64,000 nt of DNA. It comes from an uncultured Acidobacteriota bacterium (GTDB taxonomy: Bacteria; Acidobacteriota; Thermoanaerobaculia; UBA5066). Below, piece by piece: positions 51,681 through 61,741 of the stretch. Made by a program: the position numbers and the translations under genes. Within the stretch, counting starts at the first letter, position 1. Each line of letters starts with the position of its first letter. A model generated the notes under the pieces. The model had not been told where the DNA came from and made no database searches. It saw only the letters and a list, made by a program, of their open reading frames with translations. Location of the stretch: contig CAVZYA010000001.1 of assembly GCA_963779415.1 (NCBI GenBank), positions 1,408,001 to 1,472,000 on the forward strand. Direction: 5' to 3'.

Positions 51681-52562
51681 GTGCCCATCTTCACCGGGAC
51701 GTCCTCCGTGTTCGACGCTTCCCGGTACTTGCCGGCGATTCCCGTCCTCGCCCTCGGGACGGCCTTCTTCCTCTGGATTCTTCACCGCTTCTGGCTCTCG
51801 CGGCTCTCCCCCCGGCCGCGCTCCCTCGCCGCCGGGGCGCATTGGAAGATCCTCCTCGGCGCGGCTGGAGCGCTCGGGCTCGCGGCCACCTGCATCCTCG
51901 TCTCCGCGGCAGCCGGGAGCTACCGTGCGACGTCACCCGACTGGTCGGCCTTCGGCTCTACCGGAGGCTCCACGGCGCCGGTGACCCCGCTCCGTCTCCC
52001 CGCGGTGTTCCTTCTCCAGAGCCTCTCGGAGGAGCTCTTCTTCCGCGGCGTCGTGATGGGAGGGCTCGGCGCTCTTTTTCTCTTCGGTCTCTCGTTCGTC
52101 ACCGTCCACCCCCTGCCGGGGGAGCCGGGCGGTTCGCCGCGCCTCGACGCCGCGCGGCACCGGACGTGGCTTCTCGCGGGTCTTCTGGCAAACGGCGTCC
52201 AGGCCGCGCTCTTTTCGACGGTCCACGGCGCGAACCCCGGAGTCACGCTCGTCGCCTCGATGAACATCGGCCTCGCCGGCTTCGTTCTCGGCTGGCTCTA
52301 CTGGTCCCAAGGCTCGATCTTCGGTTCGTGGGCGTGGCATTTCGTCTGGAACTTCTCGCTCGCGGCCTCGGGCCTTCCCGTCTCCGGCGTCCTGGCCGCG
52401 CCGGCGCTCCTTCCGCTCGGGATCTCCGGCGCCCGGCCGGGACTCGTCTCCGGAGGCCCCTTCGGGCCCGAAGCGTCGCTCGTTTGTACCGTGGGGCTGC
52501 TGGTCCTCCTGGGAATCCTGCTTCCGGTTTCGCGTCGACCCAGGGAAGAGGAGAGGAGATAA
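51681..52562 (+). CDS. CPBP/Abi family intramembrane metalloprotease
   Basis: EELFFRG, FSTVH, HFVWN; start uncertain. Confidence 0.8.
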   Translation: MPIFTGTSSVFDASRYLPAIPVLALGTAFFLWILHRFWLSRLSPRPRSLAAGAHWKILLGAAGALGLAATCILVSAAAGSYRATSPDWSAFGSTGGSTAPVTPLRLPAVFLLQSLSEELFFRGVVMGGLGALFLFGLSFVTVHPLPGEPGGSPRLDAARHRTWLLAGLLANGVQAALFSTVHGANPGVTLVASMNIGLAGFVLGWLYWSQGSIFGSWAWHFVWNFSLAASGLPVSGVLAAPALLPLGISGARPGLVSGGPFGPEASLVCTVGLLVLLGILLPVSRRPREEERR

Positions 52563-52573
52563 TCTCCCGCGTC

Positions 52574-52783
52574 ATGGTCAAAGGCGCACGCGAGTTCCTC
52601 ACCTGCCCCTCCTGCAAGAAGCGCTTCTCCTACTGGGTCCTCGAGTCGAATCCTCACCCGAAGGTGAAGTGCTACTACTGCGCGACGGAGTCGTTCCCGA
52701 AAGGGGAGCCCCCCGCCGCGCCGGCCCCCGCCCCCGCCCCTCCCCCGCCGGCGCCGGCCGCGCCCCCCGCCCCGTCGACCTGA
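52574..52783 (+). CDS. Small zinc-ribbon protein with Pro/Ala tail
   Basis: CPSC and CYYC, then PAAPAPAP. Confidence 0.65.
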   Translation: MVKGAREFLTCPSCKKRFSYWVLESNPHPKVKCYYCATESFPKGEPPAAPAPAPAPPPPAPAAPPAPST

Positions 52784-52831
52784 GCCCGAAGAGGTCCGCC
52801 GCCCTGTCCCGAATCGGCGCGGAATTAATAC

Positions 52832-52867
52832 TTGACATATCATCTAATGTTCAGTAGATTACTGTCA
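52832..52867 (+). promoter_or_regulatory. sigma70 promoter with overlapping inverted repeat (probable MarR operator)
   Basis: TTGACA-17-TAGATT-6-ATG; TGACA..ATCTA / TAGAT..TGTCA. Confidence 0.7.
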
Positions 52868-53427
52868 TGTCGCGCGTCTTCGGGCGGCTTGCCGCCGAGC
52901 TCAAGCAGACCCGCCCGTTCCGGTCGCGGCGGCAGGAGGGGGTGCTCGCCCTTCTCCGGACGGCCGACGTCGTCCGGCGCACCGTCTCCGCCGTCATCGA
53001 GCCGAGCGGGATCACCCTCCAGCAGTACAACGTCCTCCGAATCCTCCGCGGGGCCGGCCCCGAGGGCCTGCCGACGCTGGAGATCGCGTCGCGGATGATC
53101 GAATCTTCCCCCGGCATCACGCGGCTTCTCGACCGGCTCGAGGAAAAGAAGCTCGTCGCGCGGGTCCGCTGCCCGAAGGACCGCCGCCAGGTCCTCTGCA
53201 CGGCGACGCCCGAAGCGCTCCGTCTTCTCGCCACGCTCGACGCTCCCGTCCACGAAGCGGACGACGGGGCCCTCCGGATCCTGAGCGACCGGCAGACGGA
53301 CCTCCTGATCGCCCTCCTCGACGCCATCCGTACCGGCCCTGGCTCGCGAAGGGAGTCTGGAGCCTCATCGCCTCGCCGAAGCACGGGAGCCCGAAAGGCG
53401 TCCCGCAATTCCAAGGAGAAGAAATGA
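52867..53427 (+). CDS. MarR family regulator
   Basis: ITLQQYNVLRILRG, ITRLLDRLE, DRRQV. Confidence 0.92.
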   Translation: MSRVFGRLAAELKQTRPFRSRRQEGVLALLRTADVVRRTVSAVIEPSGITLQQYNVLRILRGAGPEGLPTLEIASRMIESSPGITRLLDRLEEKKLVARVRCPKDRRQVLCTATPEALRLLATLDAPVHEADDGALRILSDRQTDLLIALLDAIRTGPGSRRESGASSPRRSTGARKASRNSKEKK

Positions 53428-54044
53428 GAAAGAGCCTCGCCGCCGTCACCCTCGTCCTCCTCGCCGCCGCCCTTCCGGGCACGGCGGCCATTCCCGCCGA
53501 TGCCACCGGCACGTGGAACGTCGACAAGGTCCACTCCGAGATCGGCTTCCAGGTCCGCCACTTCGTCTCGAAGGTGCGCGGCGGTTTCACCGACTTCTCC
53601 GGCGTCCTCAAGATCGACGCCGCGAAGCCCGAAGCCTCGTCCGTCGAGTTCACGATCAAGACCGCGAGCATCAATACGAACGAGCCGAAGCGGGACGCGC
53701 ACCTGAAGTCCCCCGACTTCTTCGACGCCGCGAAGTTCCCCGAAATCAGGTTCGTCAGCAAGAAGGTCGTCCGGAAGTCCGATACGAGCTTCGACGTGGT
53801 CGGCGACCTGACGATGCGCGGCGTGACGAAGGAGGTCACGCTCCCCGCCACCTTCAACGGCATCGTGAAGGATCCCTGGGGCGGCGAGCGGGCCGGATTC
53901 GACACGTCGATCACGCTGAACCGGAAGGACTACGGCATCAACTGGAACAAGGTCCTGGACGAGGGAGGCTACATGCTCGGCGACGAGGTGGCCGTGACGA
54001 TCAGCCTCGAGACGGTCAAGGCGAAGCCCGAGGCCGCGAAGTAA
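53424..54044 (+). CDS. YceI family protein
   Basis: HSEIGFQVRH, RDAHLKSPDFFD, NRKDYGI. Confidence 0.95.
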   Translation: MRKSLAAVTLVLLAAALPGTAAIPADATGTWNVDKVHSEIGFQVRHFVSKVRGGFTDFSGVLKIDAAKPEASSVEFTIKTASINTNEPKRDAHLKSPDFFDAAKFPEIRFVSKKVVRKSDTSFDVVGDLTMRGVTKEVTLPATFNGIVKDPWGGERAGFDTSITLNRKDYGINWNKVLDEGGYMLGDEVAVTISLETVKAKPEAAK

Positions 54045-54065
54045 GGCTCCTCCTCTCTTCGTAAG

Positions 54066-54097
54066 AAAACGGGCGGCGGGCCCCCGGGCCCGCCGCC
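54066..54097. terminator. GC hairpin after yceI-like gene
   Basis: GGCGGCGGGCCC-CC-GGGCCCGCCGCC; U tract only on minus strand. Confidence 0.5.
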
Positions 54098-54211
54098 ATT
54101 CCCCTCCGCCCGGGCGGGGGCCGATCTGCGAAGATCCGCACCGGGGGAGGGCGCCATGGCGGCTGTCGACGGGCTGGTCGTTGCGATCCGGACGGCGGAC
54201 GCGGAAGCCTG

Positions 54212-55669
54212 ATGGTCTTCAGCTCCCAGCTCTTCCTCTTCTACTTTCTTCCCGCGGCCCTTCTGATCTACTTCGCCTCGCCGGGGCGCCGCAGGAACCT
54301 CGTCCTGACGCTCCTCTCCTACCTTTTCTACGGCTGGGCGAACCCGCTCTTCGTCCTCCTGATGCTCGGGACGACGGCCGTGGACTATGCGATCGGCCTC
54401 GTCATCTCCGGGCAGCTCGGAAAGCCCCGGAGCGCCCCCGTTCCGAAGCTGGAGATCGGGGGACCGCGGACGCGCCTCCAGCGCGGCGCGATCGTCGTCT
54501 CGGTCATCACCAACCTCTCGATGCTCGGGTTTTTCAAGTACTTCAACTTCGGCGTCGAGAGCTTCAACGGGCTCGTCCGCGCTCTCGGCCTCTCGGGCGC
54601 CGCCTGGGAGGCGACCTTCCGCGTCACGCTGCCGCTCGGCATCAGCTTCTATACCTTCCAGTCGCTCAGCTACACGATCGACGTCTACCGCGGGGAGGCC
54701 GCGGCGCGCCGGAACTTCACGGACTTCGCCTGCTACGTCTCGATGTTTCCGCATCTGGTGGCGGGCCCGATCGTCCGGTTCCGCGACCTCGCGGACCAGC
54801 TCGTCGGCCGCGTCCATACGCCGGAGCGGTTCGCTCGGGGAATCTCGCTCGTCTGCCTCGGCCTCGCGAAGAAGATCCTGATCGCCAACGCCTGCGGCAA
54901 GGTCGCCGACACCTGTTTCGGCGCCGGCTCGCTCGGGCCCGCCGACGCCTGGTACGGGCTCGTCAGCTACGCATTCCAGATCTACTTCGACTTCAGCGGC
55001 TACTCGGACATCGCCATCGGCCTCGCCCTCCTCTTCGGCTTCATCATCAAGAAGAACTTCGACTCCCCCTACCGTTCGCAGTCGATCACGGAGTTCTGGC
55101 GCCGCTGGCACATCTCGCTCTCCACGTGGCTCCGCGACTATCTCTACGTCCCCCTCGGCGGGAACCGGCGGGGCGTCGGCCGGACCTACGTCAACCTCGC
55201 CATCGTCATGCTTCTCGGGGGCCTCTGGCACGGGGCCTCGTGGACCTTCGTCATCTGGGGCGCGATACACGGCGCGCTCCTCTGCGCCGAGCGATGGCGG
55301 GGGGGGCGCGGGCTCGCCGAGCGGCTCCCCGCGGCCGCGAGGACCGCAGCGACCTTCTTCCTCGTCTCGCTCGCATGGGTCTTCTTCCGCGCGGCGGACC
55401 TTCCTTCGGCCGTCCGCTATCTCGGGAACCTGTTCGGCGTCGGAAGGGTCCAGGAAGGGAGCGGCCTCGTCGCGGGGCTCATCTACCGCCCCTACTACCT
55501 CCTGACCTTCGCGGCGGCCGCCCTGATCGTCTGGCGGTTTCCCCAGGCGTGGGACTTCACCCGGAACCTGACCCGGTGGAAGGCGCTCGCGTGCCTCGCG
55601 GCTCTCGCTCTGGCGGTTCTGGCTCTCATGACCCAGTCGTACAACCCGTTCATCTATTTCATCTTCTGA
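54212..55669 (+). CDS. MBOAT O-acyltransferase, AlgI-like
   Basis: LPLGISFYTFQ, FPHLVAGPI, DFSGYSD, FWRRWHISLS, GLWHGA. Confidence 0.95.
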   Translation: MVFSSQLFLFYFLPAALLIYFASPGRRRNLVLTLLSYLFYGWANPLFVLLMLGTTAVDYAIGLVISGQLGKPRSAPVPKLEIGGPRTRLQRGAIVVSVITNLSMLGFFKYFNFGVESFNGLVRALGLSGAAWEATFRVTLPLGISFYTFQSLSYTIDVYRGEAAARRNFTDFACYVSMFPHLVAGPIVRFRDLADQLVGRVHTPERFARGISLVCLGLAKKILIANACGKVADTCFGAGSLGPADAWYGLVSYAFQIYFDFSGYSDIAIGLALLFGFIIKKNFDSPYRSQSITEFWRRWHISLSTWLRDYLYVPLGGNRRGVGRTYVNLAIVMLLGGLWHGASWTFVIWGAIHGALLCAERWRGGRGLAERLPAAARTAATFFLVSLAWVFFRAADLPSAVRYLGNLFGVGRVQEGSGLVAGLIYRPYYLLTFAAAALIVWRFPQAWDFTRNLTRWKALACLAALALAVLALMTQSYNPFIYFIF

Positions 55670-55680
55670 AAGGACGCGGC

Positions 55681-58542
55681 GTGCCTTCCTCTTCATCCCG
55701 TCCGAATCCGTACGAGGCGGCCTTCCGCGAGATCGGCAGGACCTCTTTCGGACGCGGCGTGAAGACGTCTCTCATCGTCTTCTTCCTCGCGCTGATCTCG
55801 ACGGGCCTCGTCCTCGAGGAAGGAGCCGGAGCGTGGAGCCGGACAGGGGGCGACGCCGCTTCCCCGCCACGTTTCGCGGATTTCGTGAGGAGCCTGCCGG
55901 GACGGGCCGAGGTCCGCTACCTCTTCGGCGGGCCGCTTCCACCTTCGATGGCCGATCTCGCGCCGGCGCCGGTGGCCGGAGCATGGGGCCGCCTGACGCG
56001 CGTCAACGCGCGATTGCTCGAGGGGATGACCGATTTCGAGAACGCGCTCGGCAACCGCTCGGTTCTCGCCGTCTCCCTCCGCCCCTTCGTTCAGGAGATT
56101 CTGACGGGGGCGCTCGGCGTCGGAAACGAAAAAGCCTGGTGCGGACGCGAGGGGTGGCTCTTCTTCCCTGCAAGCGTGTCGTACCTGACGGGACGTCCCT
56201 TCCTCGATCCGGATCTCCTCGAAAGGCGCGCGCTCGGAGGACACGCCTGGGAGACGGCTCCGCGCCCGGATCCCGTCCCGGCGATCCTGGGGTTCGCGCG
56301 GGAGCTCTCCTCGCGCGGCATCGCTCTCGTCATCATGCCGACACCGGAGAAGCCGATGGTCCAGCCCGGCCGCTTCACGGCCCGGTACGAAGGGTGGAGC
56401 GGACCGCTGCAGAACCCTTCCTTTGCGGGGTTCCGGCGACTCCTCGAGGCGGAAGGCGTCCGCGTCTTCGACCCGGCGCCGGCCCTCTCCGCGGAGTCGC
56501 GAGCGACGGGACGCCCCGTCTTTCTCCGGACGGACACGCACTGGACTCCCGGAGGGATGGAGAGGGCCGCCCGGGAGCTGGCCGGTTTCCTCCGGGGCGA
56601 GCGTCTGCTGCCGAAGGAAGGCCCGCGGCGCGCCTTCGTCCGTAAGGAGACGATCGTCGAGAACCGGGGAGATCTCTCGGCGATGCTCGACCTCCCCGCC
56701 CGGATGGCCGCGGGAGAGAAGGAGCGAGTGGTCATCCGGCAGGTCACGCTCCGCGGCGGCGAGGCGTGGCGGAGCGAACCCGAAGCGGAGATCCTGCTGC
56801 TCGGCGACAGCTTCAGCAACATCTATCACCTCGCCGGAATGAGATGGGGGACGGGCGCGGGGTTCGCCGAGCATCTCGGGGCCGAGCTGGGCCGCCCGCT
56901 CGACGCGATTCTGCGAAACGACTCGGGCGCCTTCGCCACGCGCGAGGAGCTCGCGCTCGAAAGGGCGCGCGGCGTCGACCGCCTCGCGGGAAAGAAGCTC
57001 GTCATCTGGCAGTTCGCGGATCGCGAGCTGTCGCAGGGGGACTGGAAGACGGAATTCCCGCGGGTGGCGACGTCGGTCGCGTCCGCGCCGCCGGCCCCCG
57101 CCGGGACGATCCGGGTCCGTGGACGGATCGCGGCGATCGCGCCGGCGCCGGCAGCGGGCTCGGTTGCCTACGGCGACTGCTACATCCCGATCCAGCTCGA
57201 AGACGTCACCGCCGTCGAAGGGCCGAAACCGGCTCCTTCGATCGTCGTTTTCGTCTGGGGGATGCTCGACTTCCGTTCGACGAAAGAGAACCAGCTCCGG
57301 GTGGGAGAGACGATGGAGCTCTCGCTCCGCCCCTTCTCCGAGGTGGCCGGGCGGTATGGAAGCTATCGGCACCTCGAGTTCACCGACGCGGCGCGCCTCG
57401 CCCTTCCGGTCTACTGGGGCGACACCCGCGAGCCGGGAGGCGGTGAGGCCGCGGGCCCCGCCGCCACTCGCGGCGGCGCTGCGGGGGAAACGTCGCCGTT
57501 CCCCCGCCCGACCGGCGCCCCTGAAAAGCTCGCGGTCCCCGAGGGATTCCCCGTCGACGGAATTCTCGCCGCTCTCCGGCGGCGGGCCGAGGAGGCCGAG
57601 GCGAAGGACGAGGCCGTCGTCCGGGGCCATGACGGATGGCTCTTCCTCGCGGAGGAGCTGCACCACCTCGGCGCGGGGCCGTTCTGGGGCGAGGCGGCCC
57701 GTCGCGCGAGTCGGGCGAGCAATCCGGAGGTCGCGGACCCGCTCCCGGCCATCGTCGATTTCAAGAGGCAGCTCGACGCGCTCGGCATCGATCTCGTGGT
57801 CGTCCCCGTGCCGCCAAAGGCCGTGATCTACCCGGACGCCCTCCTCGATCTCCCGATCCCGCCGGGCGGAACCCTCCCCCGTCTCGACGTGAACCTGCAG
57901 GAGTTCTACCGGCGCCTCGCCGCGGAAGGGGTCAAGGTCCTCGATCTCGTTCCGCTCCTCCTCGAGCACCGTCTCGACGCCGCCGGGACGGTCTTCTGCA
58001 AGGAGGACTCGCACTGGTCGCCCCGGGCGACCGCTCTGTCGGCGCGGTGGATCGCGAGCGCCGTCCCGAAGCGTCCGTGGCTTCAGGAAATTCCGCGCGA
58101 GAGCTTCGCCATGAGGCCGGCAGTTCTCTCCCTCGAGGGAGACCTTCGCGGCTTCCTCGGCGGAGCCGGGCCGGCGGAGCGGCTTCCCTCCTTCCGCGTG
58201 GGGCGCCTCGGCCCCGGAGGTCTCGCGCCCGTCGAGCCTTCCCGGGCGAGCCCCGTTCTTCTCCTCGGCGACAGCAACGCCCTCGTCTTCCACGTCGGCG
58301 GCGACCCCCGGGACGCCGGCTCGGGACTTCCGGATCACCTCGCGCGGGAGTTCGGATTCCCCATGGATCTCGTCGCCGTGCGCGGGTCCGGAGCGACCGC
58401 GGCGCGTGTTAGCCTTCTCCGGCGAAACGATGGTCTCGAAGGGAAGCGGCTGGTGATCTGGTGCTTCGCGGCACGTCTCTTCACCGAAAGCCCCGAGGGA
58501 TGGGCACGGGTACCGTTGACAGGCGCCAAGCCGTCCCGATGA
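55681..58542 (+). CDS. Tandem AlgJ/AlgX-like SGNH O-acetyltransferase
   Basis: Two sets of GWLF / DTHW (DSHW) / LLGDS motifs with an intervening domain. Confidence 0.85.
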   Translation: MPSSSSRPNPYEAAFREIGRTSFGRGVKTSLIVFFLALISTGLVLEEGAGAWSRTGGDAASPPRFADFVRSLPGRAEVRYLFGGPLPPSMADLAPAPVAGAWGRLTRVNARLLEGMTDFENALGNRSVLAVSLRPFVQEILTGALGVGNEKAWCGREGWLFFPASVSYLTGRPFLDPDLLERRALGGHAWETAPRPDPVPAILGFARELSSRGIALVIMPTPEKPMVQPGRFTARYEGWSGPLQNPSFAGFRRLLEAEGVRVFDPAPALSAESRATGRPVFLRTDTHWTPGGMERAARELAGFLRGERLLPKEGPRRAFVRKETIVENRGDLSAMLDLPARMAAGEKERVVIRQVTLRGGEAWRSEPEAEILLLGDSFSNIYHLAGMRWGTGAGFAEHLGAELGRPLDAILRNDSGAFATREELALERARGVDRLAGKKLVIWQFADRELSQGDWKTEFPRVATSVASAPPAPAGTIRVRGRIAAIAPAPAAGSVAYGDCYIPIQLEDVTAVEGPKPAPSIVVFVWGMLDFRSTKENQLRVGETMELSLRPFSEVAGRYGSYRHLEFTDAARLALPVYWGDTREPGGGEAAGPAATRGGAAGETSPFPRPTGAPEKLAVPEGFPVDGILAALRRRAEEAEAKDEAVVRGHDGWLFLAEELHHLGAGPFWGEAARRASRASNPEVADPLPAIVDFKRQLDALGIDLVVVPVPPKAVIYPDALLDLPIPPGGTLPRLDVNLQEFYRRLAAEGVKVLDLVPLLLEHRLDAAGTVFCKEDSHWSPRATALSARWIASAVPKRPWLQEIPRESFAMRPAVLSLEGDLRGFLGGAGPAERLPSFRVGRLGPGGLAPVEPSRASPVLLLGDSNALVFHVGGDPRDAGSGLPDHLAREFGFPMDLVAVRGSGATAARVSLLRRNDGLEGKRLVIWCFAARLFTESPEGWARVPLTGAKPSR

Positions 58543-60011
58543 GACTCCCCCGGCTCCGGATTCTCGCGGCGCTCGCCGCCGCCGTGATCGCGGCGCTGGA
58601 CGTCTCGGCCTGCCGGAAGTCCGTGCCGCCCGCGCCTCCCTCGGCGTCTCCGGCTCCCGCCGCCGGCCGAGCCGTCCTGACGGCGGAGGTCCTGAAGAGC
58701 TCGCGGCTTCCCGATCCCTCGCGCGCGCCGTACCCGGACTGCCTGACCGTCCTGAAGGTCCGGGCCGTCGCGATCGAGTCGGGGGGACCCCTCCCGGACG
58801 AGTTCCTCGTCGCCGCATGGGGCTTCCGGGACCGGGTTCTCCAGGCACCCGCCGGCTTCGCAGCCGGAGACCGCCTTCGCCTCGAGCTGAAGCCGTTCCG
58901 GGATGTCCCGCCCGAGATCGAGCGGATCCAGCAGGTCGACGACGTCCGGGAGTTTCAGCTCCCTCTTTACTGGGCCGTGTCGGCGGAGAAGATCCCGCAG
59001 GGAGGCGCGGCGGCCTCCCGCGCGGCCTCGATGAAGTCCGACATCGATCGGATCGAGGCGGACTTGAAGCGCCACGGCGGCGACTGGGAGAGATGGCACC
59101 AGTCTCTCGAGCCCCTCCGAAGGGATCTGGCCGCGCGTGCCGGGTCGGGCCACGGCATCATCGTGCAGGGCTCCCGCTGCCTCGCCTCGCCGGAAAGCCT
59201 CGCCTACCGCCTGGGCCCGGCGGCCTTCACGCCCGAGCCCGCCGTCCGGATGCTCGTCCGTCTCCGCGACGATCTGAAGAAGCGCGGCGCGGATCTCATC
59301 GTCCTTCCGATGCCGTCCAAGGAGCTCGCTCTCGCTCCTTTCCTCTCGGCGAACGCGCCTTCAGACCGGATCGTCGCGCCGTACTACGAAGCCGTCACTC
59401 TCGACCTCCTCGAGCACGACATCGAAACGGTGGACGTTCTGCCGGAGTGGATCCGCGCCGTCGAGGAGGGGGAAACCGTCTTCCACGCCGCACCGGACGT
59501 TCACCCGGCCGACGCCGGCGTCCGGATTGCAGCGCGCGCCCTCGCACGACGGCTGGCCCGGTACGGCTTTCCGCCGGAGGCGCCCCCCGGGGGCTTCGCG
59601 ACCCGGAAGGTCTCCTTCACGGTTCCGACCGGAGCAACGGGCTTCCCTCCCGGATTCAGGGCCGAGGCGACGCAGGTCCTCGGCGCGGACGGCTCGCCGA
59701 TCGAGACTCCCCCCGACTCCCCGATCCTCATCATCGGCGACTGCTTCGTCCTGGTCCCCGACGAGCTCCGGGTCGCCGGAGCGAACCTTCCGTCGCAGCT
59801 CGCGAAGGAGATCGGAGTCCGGCCGACGATCCTCGCGGAATCCGGCGGCGCCGCACGGATCATGGTGAAGCTCTCCCGGAAGGGGGCGGGGTTCCTGAGC
59901 CACCGGCGCGTCGTCGTCTTCGTCTGCTACGCCGACTATTTCTTCGTGCCGTGGGAGGGGGACCCGGGCGGGGCGCGCGACTGGGTCGTGATCGACCTTC
60001 CCGAGAACTGA
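58539..60011 (+). CDS. AlgJ/AlgX-like protein, probable lipoprotein
   Basis: VSAC lipobox-like, PDVHPA, IIGDC; ATGA overlap. Confidence 0.75.
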   Translation: MRLPRLRILAALAAAVIAALDVSACRKSVPPAPPSASPAPAAGRAVLTAEVLKSSRLPDPSRAPYPDCLTVLKVRAVAIESGGPLPDEFLVAAWGFRDRVLQAPAGFAAGDRLRLELKPFRDVPPEIERIQQVDDVREFQLPLYWAVSAEKIPQGGAAASRAASMKSDIDRIEADLKRHGGDWERWHQSLEPLRRDLAARAGSGHGIIVQGSRCLASPESLAYRLGPAAFTPEPAVRMLVRLRDDLKKRGADLIVLPMPSKELALAPFLSANAPSDRIVAPYYEAVTLDLLEHDIETVDVLPEWIRAVEEGETVFHAAPDVHPADAGVRIAARALARRLARYGFPPEAPPGGFATRKVSFTVPTGATGFPPGFRAEATQVLGADGSPIETPPDSPILIIGDCFVLVPDELRVAGANLPSQLAKEIGVRPTILAESGGAARIMVKLSRKGAGFLSHRRVVVFVCYADYFFVPWEGDPGGARDWVVIDLPEN

Positions 60012-61670
60012 CTACCGGCCCCGGAAGACGACCTCCCCTCCGACGACCGTCGCGAGGATCTTCGCCTTCGGGATCTCCGCGGCCGAAAGGGCGTCCGAGA
60101 CGATGTCGCGGTCGAGAACGGTCAGGTCGGCGTCGAAGCCGGCCGCGATCCGCCCGCGGCGCGACTCGGCGAACTCCGCGTAGGCCGCGTCCTCGGTGAA
60201 GAGCCGGAGCGCCTCGCGGCGCGTCAGCCTCTGGTCCGGATACCAGCCGCCCGGCGGCTTCCCCTCGAGGTCCTGGCGTGTGACGGCCGCATAGATGCCG
60301 AGGAGCGGCGACTCGCGCTCGACCGGAAAATCGCTTCCCCCCGCGAGCCGCACCCCGGCCGCGAGAAATCGCCGCCAGGCATACGCGCCCCGGATCCGTT
60401 CCGGGCCGACCCGTGCCTCGGCCCAAACCATGTCGGACGTGGCGTGCGTCGGCTGCATCGACGCGATGACGCCGAGCTTCGCGAAACGCGGGATGTCGTC
60501 CAGGGCCACAACCTGCGCGTGCTCGATCCGGAAGCGCGGGTCCTTCGGCTTCGCGACGGCGAACGCCTTCTCGTAGGCGTCGAGGACGAGGCGGTTCCCG
60601 CGGTCGCCGATCGCGTGCGTCCAGAGCTGCCAGCCGGCCCTCGCGCAGGCGAGCGCGATCTCCTCCATCTTTCCGGGAGGCGTCACGAGAAGCCCCCGGT
60701 TTCCCGGGTCGTCGCTGTAGTCGGCGAGAAGCGCCGCCCCGCGCGACCCGAGGGCCCCGTCGGCGTACATCTTGACCGCGCGGACCGTGAGCCGCCCGTC
60801 GGCGACCGGCCCCTCCGAGAGAATCGACGCGAAGTCCTTCGTCTCGGCCCCGACCGTCGCGTAAATCCGGATCGGGAGCGCCTTCTCGCGGGCCATCGCA
60901 CGGAGGACTTCGAGCCCGCTGCGGCCGAAGCCGCTCGCGTCGCCGACGCCCGTGAGCCCCGACTCCGCCGCCGCTTTCATCCCCACGGCGAGGGTGTGGC
61001 GCCGGGCGGCCGGGCCCGGCTCGCCGATCGCCTTCACGACGAGCGCCTCCGCGTTGTCGATGAAGATCCCCGTCGGGGCTCCGGAGGGGGAGCGGACGAT
61101 CTTCCCGCCATCCGGGTCCTTCGTCGACGGGGTCACCCCGGCCCGCATCATCGCGAGGCTGTTCACCCAGAGGGCGTGGCCGTCGACGCGCGTGAGGAGG
61201 ACGGGGTGTCCCGGAGCGACGGCGTCGATCTCCGCGGCCGTCGGAAACGACTTTCCCTTCCAGAGGTTCTGGTCCCAGCTCCGCCCGCGAATCCACTCCC
61301 CTTCCGGCGTCCGCGCCGCGGCGGCCTTCACGAGTGAGAGGATCTCCTCCTTCGACCGGTCGCGAAGGTCGAGGCTCTCCTTCGACATCCCGAGCCCCGG
61401 GACATGCGCGTGGGCGTCGACGAAGCCGGGATAGACGACGGCTCCCGGAAGCTCCAGCACCTTCGCGCCGGGAGCCTTCCTCCGGGCCTCGGATTCATCG
61501 CCGACGAAGGCGATCTTCCCCTCCACGGCGAGAACGGCGGCGCGTCGGGGCGCGGCGTCCCACGACGTGTAAACGGTGGCACCGGTCAGAAGAAGCGGGG
61601 CGTCATTCGCGAGCGCGGAAGAGGGCACGAACGCACCTCCGAGCAGAAAGAGGACCGCGAGGGATCTCAT
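60012..61670 (-). CDS. YtcJ-like amidohydrolase (Amidohydro_3)
   Basis: PGFVDAHAH, DGALGSRGA, HAIGD, RIEHAQ, GSDFP. Confidence 0.93.
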   Translation of the reverse strand: MRSLAVLFLLGGAFVPSSALANDAPLLLTGATVYTSWDAAPRRAAVLAVEGKIAFVGDESEARRKAPGAKVLELPGAVVYPGFVDAHAHVPGLGMSKESLDLRDRSKEEILSLVKAAAARTPEGEWIRGRSWDQNLWKGKSFPTAAEIDAVAPGHPVLLTRVDGHALWVNSLAMMRAGVTPSTKDPDGGKIVRSPSGAPTGIFIDNAEALVVKAIGEPGPAARRHTLAVGMKAAAESGLTGVGDASGFGRSGLEVLRAMAREKALPIRIYATVGAETKDFASILSEGPVADGRLTVRAVKMYADGALGSRGAALLADYSDDPGNRGLLVTPPGKMEEIALACARAGWQLWTHAIGDRGNRLVLDAYEKAFAVAKPKDPRFRIEHAQVVALDDIPRFAKLGVIASMQPTHATSDMVWAEARVGPERIRGAYAWRRFLAAGVRLAGGSDFPVERESPLLGIYAAVTRQDLEGKPPGGWYPDQRLTRREALRLFTEDAAYAEFAESRRGRIAAGFDADLTVLDRDIVSDALSAAEIPKAKILATVVGGEVVFRGR

Positions 61671-61741
61671 GACGCGAGATTCTCACAGAGTCGGGCGCGC
61701 CCGTCTCCCGGCCTGTCGTACTCTCGAGGGTGAGGTCCCGC

